Source: Sandaracinaceae bacterium
GTDB taxonomy: Bacteria > Myxococcota_A > Polyangia > Polyangiales > Sandaracinaceae
Direction of reading: 5' to 3'
DNA length: 64,000 nucleotides
Assembly (NCBI GenBank): GCA_044220955.1
Contig: JBGAQA010000033.1
Location: 1-64,000 of the forward strand
In this document: positions 62,553 to 64,000 of the stretch, one piece after another
How positions within the stretch are numbered: the stretch's first letter is position 1
Layout of the letters: every line of letters starts with the position of its first letter
Notes under the pieces: generated by a model
The model's database searches: none
The model's input: only the letters and a program-made list of their open reading frames with translations
What the model was told of the DNA's origin: nothing
Made by a program: the position numbers and the translations under genes

Positions 62553-64000
62553 GTGCCTTCCCTCGCCCGATGGGTCCCGGCGCTCGCGCTGCTCGTGCTC
62601 TCGAGCGCGTGCGGGGCACGCCCGGCCCACCCTGCGCGGCCCGATCACGCCGAGGCGATCGCCGACGAGGCCATCTGGTCGTCGCTCGCCGCGCGGCTCG
62701 AGGCGCGAACGGTCGCGCACGTCGAGGAGGTGAAGTTCGTGATCGACCTCGGGGATCGCGACATCGCGGGTGCTCCGCACGTCTACTTCCTCGATTCGAG
62801 TCGATACGACTCGCACTACGACTTCGCGCGCGCTCACCTCGACCGCGAGGGAGGGCGCATCGCCGATCCGATGGCGTTCTACGTCTCCGAGTACCGGCGG
62901 CCGGAGCGGCGCTTCTGGCTCGGCTCGCTGGTGCGCTACCGCGACCAGGATCGCTTCGTCCTGGAGATCCTGGCGGGAGACACGATGAGCGGCGAGGCGC
63001 TGCGCGCGTGCTTCGCGCTCGTCCGCTCGCGCGTGTACTTCGGCTCGGCGCTCGCGTTCCATCCCATCTCGGACCAGCACGAGCGAACGCTCGCCACGAT
63101 GTCGGGCGAGCCGCTGCCGGTGCTGCGCGACGAGGCGCTGCACGCCGGCTGGAGCTACGAGCCTCTCTTGCAGGGCGTGGCCTACGGCTACGTGCGGCTC
63201 GTGCGCGGCCGGCTCGACCCGGCGAGCGTCCGACCGAGCCAGATCCTCGTGCTCGAGGAGGTGCCCGACGACGTGCCCGTCTGCGCGGCGATGATCACCT
63301 CGCGCTTCCAGGCGCCGCTCGCGCACGTGGCGCTGCTCAGCGCGAACCGCGGGACGCCGGACGCCGCCGTCCGCGATGCGATCGAGGACCCGCGCTTCGA
63401 GGCGCTCGAGGGGCGGCTCGCGCGCCTCGTCGTCGGCGAGAGCGAGCTCTCGATCGAGGAGGCGACGCTCGCGGACGCCGAGGCGTTCTGGGCGGGGATC
63501 CGCCCGAGCGAGCGCTTCTCTCCGCGGCTCGACGAGAGCGTGGCGCGCCTCGTACCGCTCGCCGAGCTGCGCACGGACGACGTCGACTTCGCGGGCGCGA
63601 AGGCCGCGAACCTGGGCGAGGCGGCGAGCCTGCCGGGCGTGGAGGTGCCGCCGGGCTTCGTCGTACCGGTGCGCTACTTCGTGGAGCACCTCGCAAGGAG
63701 CGGCCTCCGCCCCGAGATCGACGCGATGCTCGGCGACCCCGCGTTCGCGGCCGACGCGGGCGTGCGCGCGACGCGGCTCGAGGCGATCCGCGCGCGCATC
63801 GCCGCCGCGCCGGTCGACCCGGCGCTCGTGACGCGCGTGCGGGACGCGATCGCGGCGCTCGGGGCGAGCGGGAGGCTTCGCTTCCGGTCGAGCACGAACG
63901 CCGAGGATCTACCGGGCTTCAACGGCGCCGGGCTCTACAGCTCCGCGATCGTCGCGCACGGTGGGGGCGACGCCGAGGTCGCGAGCGCGCTCGCTCGCGT
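62553..64000 (+). CDS. Second water-dikinase-like lipoprotein (partial; runs off the window)
   Basis: Not in the ORF track. Manual translation gives MPSLARWVPALALLVLSSAC, VKFVIDL, QAPLAHVAL, GAKAANLG, RSSTNAEDLPGFNGAGLY; paralogue of 43879-45903. Confidence 0.85.
   Translation, partial: MPSLARWVPALALLVLSSACGARPAHPARPDHAEAIADEAIWSSLAARLEARTVAHVEEVKFVIDLGDRDIAGAPHVYFLDSSRYDSHYDFARAHLDREGGRIADPMAFYVSEYRRPERRFWLGSLVRYRDQDRFVLEILAGDTMSGEALRACFALVRSRVYFGSALAFHPISDQHERTLATMSGEPLPVLRDEALHAGWSYEPLLQGVAYGYVRLVRGRLDPASVRPSQILVLEEVPDDVPVCAAMITSRFQAPLAHVALLSANRGTPDAAVRDAIEDPRFEALEGRLARLVVGESELSIEEATLADAEAFWAGIRPSERFSPRLDESVARLVPLAELRTDDVDFAGAKAANLGEAASLPGVEVPPGFVVPVRYFVEHLARSGLRPEIDAMLGDPAFAADAGVRATRLEAIRARIAAAPVDPALVTRVRDAIAALGASGRLRFRSSTNAEDLPGFNGAGLYSSAIVAHGGGDAEVASALAR

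Overview
Very GC-rich, gene-dense bacterial window. The gene content (Cys-rich lipoproteins, DUF4388 signalling protein, TIGR04552-like protein, Hanks kinase) suggests Myxococcota, probably Polyangia/Sandaracinus-like; this assignment is inference. About 54 CDS are supported. They include housekeeping genes (tmcA, ettA, nadE, dctA, gyrB, lon, an NAD kinase), three tandem AIM24 paralogues and many lipoproteins. I recognised no rRNA, tRNA, CRISPR array, integrase or transposase. Main observations: (1) a lipoprotein-anchored Fam20C/Four-jointed-like kinase lies tail-to-tail with a lipoprotein-anchored water-dikinase-like enzyme (phospho-His domain followed by ATP-grasp), and a second dikinase paralogue lies at the window end; together they are a candidate extracytoplasmic phosphorylation system. 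(2) An apparently metal-less 5'-nucleotidase is fused to a probable outer-membrane beta-barrel, and its 5' end is duplicated in-frame by 273 bp. (3) TANNNT hexamers sit 6-9 nt before at least 12 start codons, suggesting widespread leaderless mRNAs. (4) A REPIN/MITE-like nested palindrome follows ettA. All family assignments come from motifs read by eye; no database search was run.
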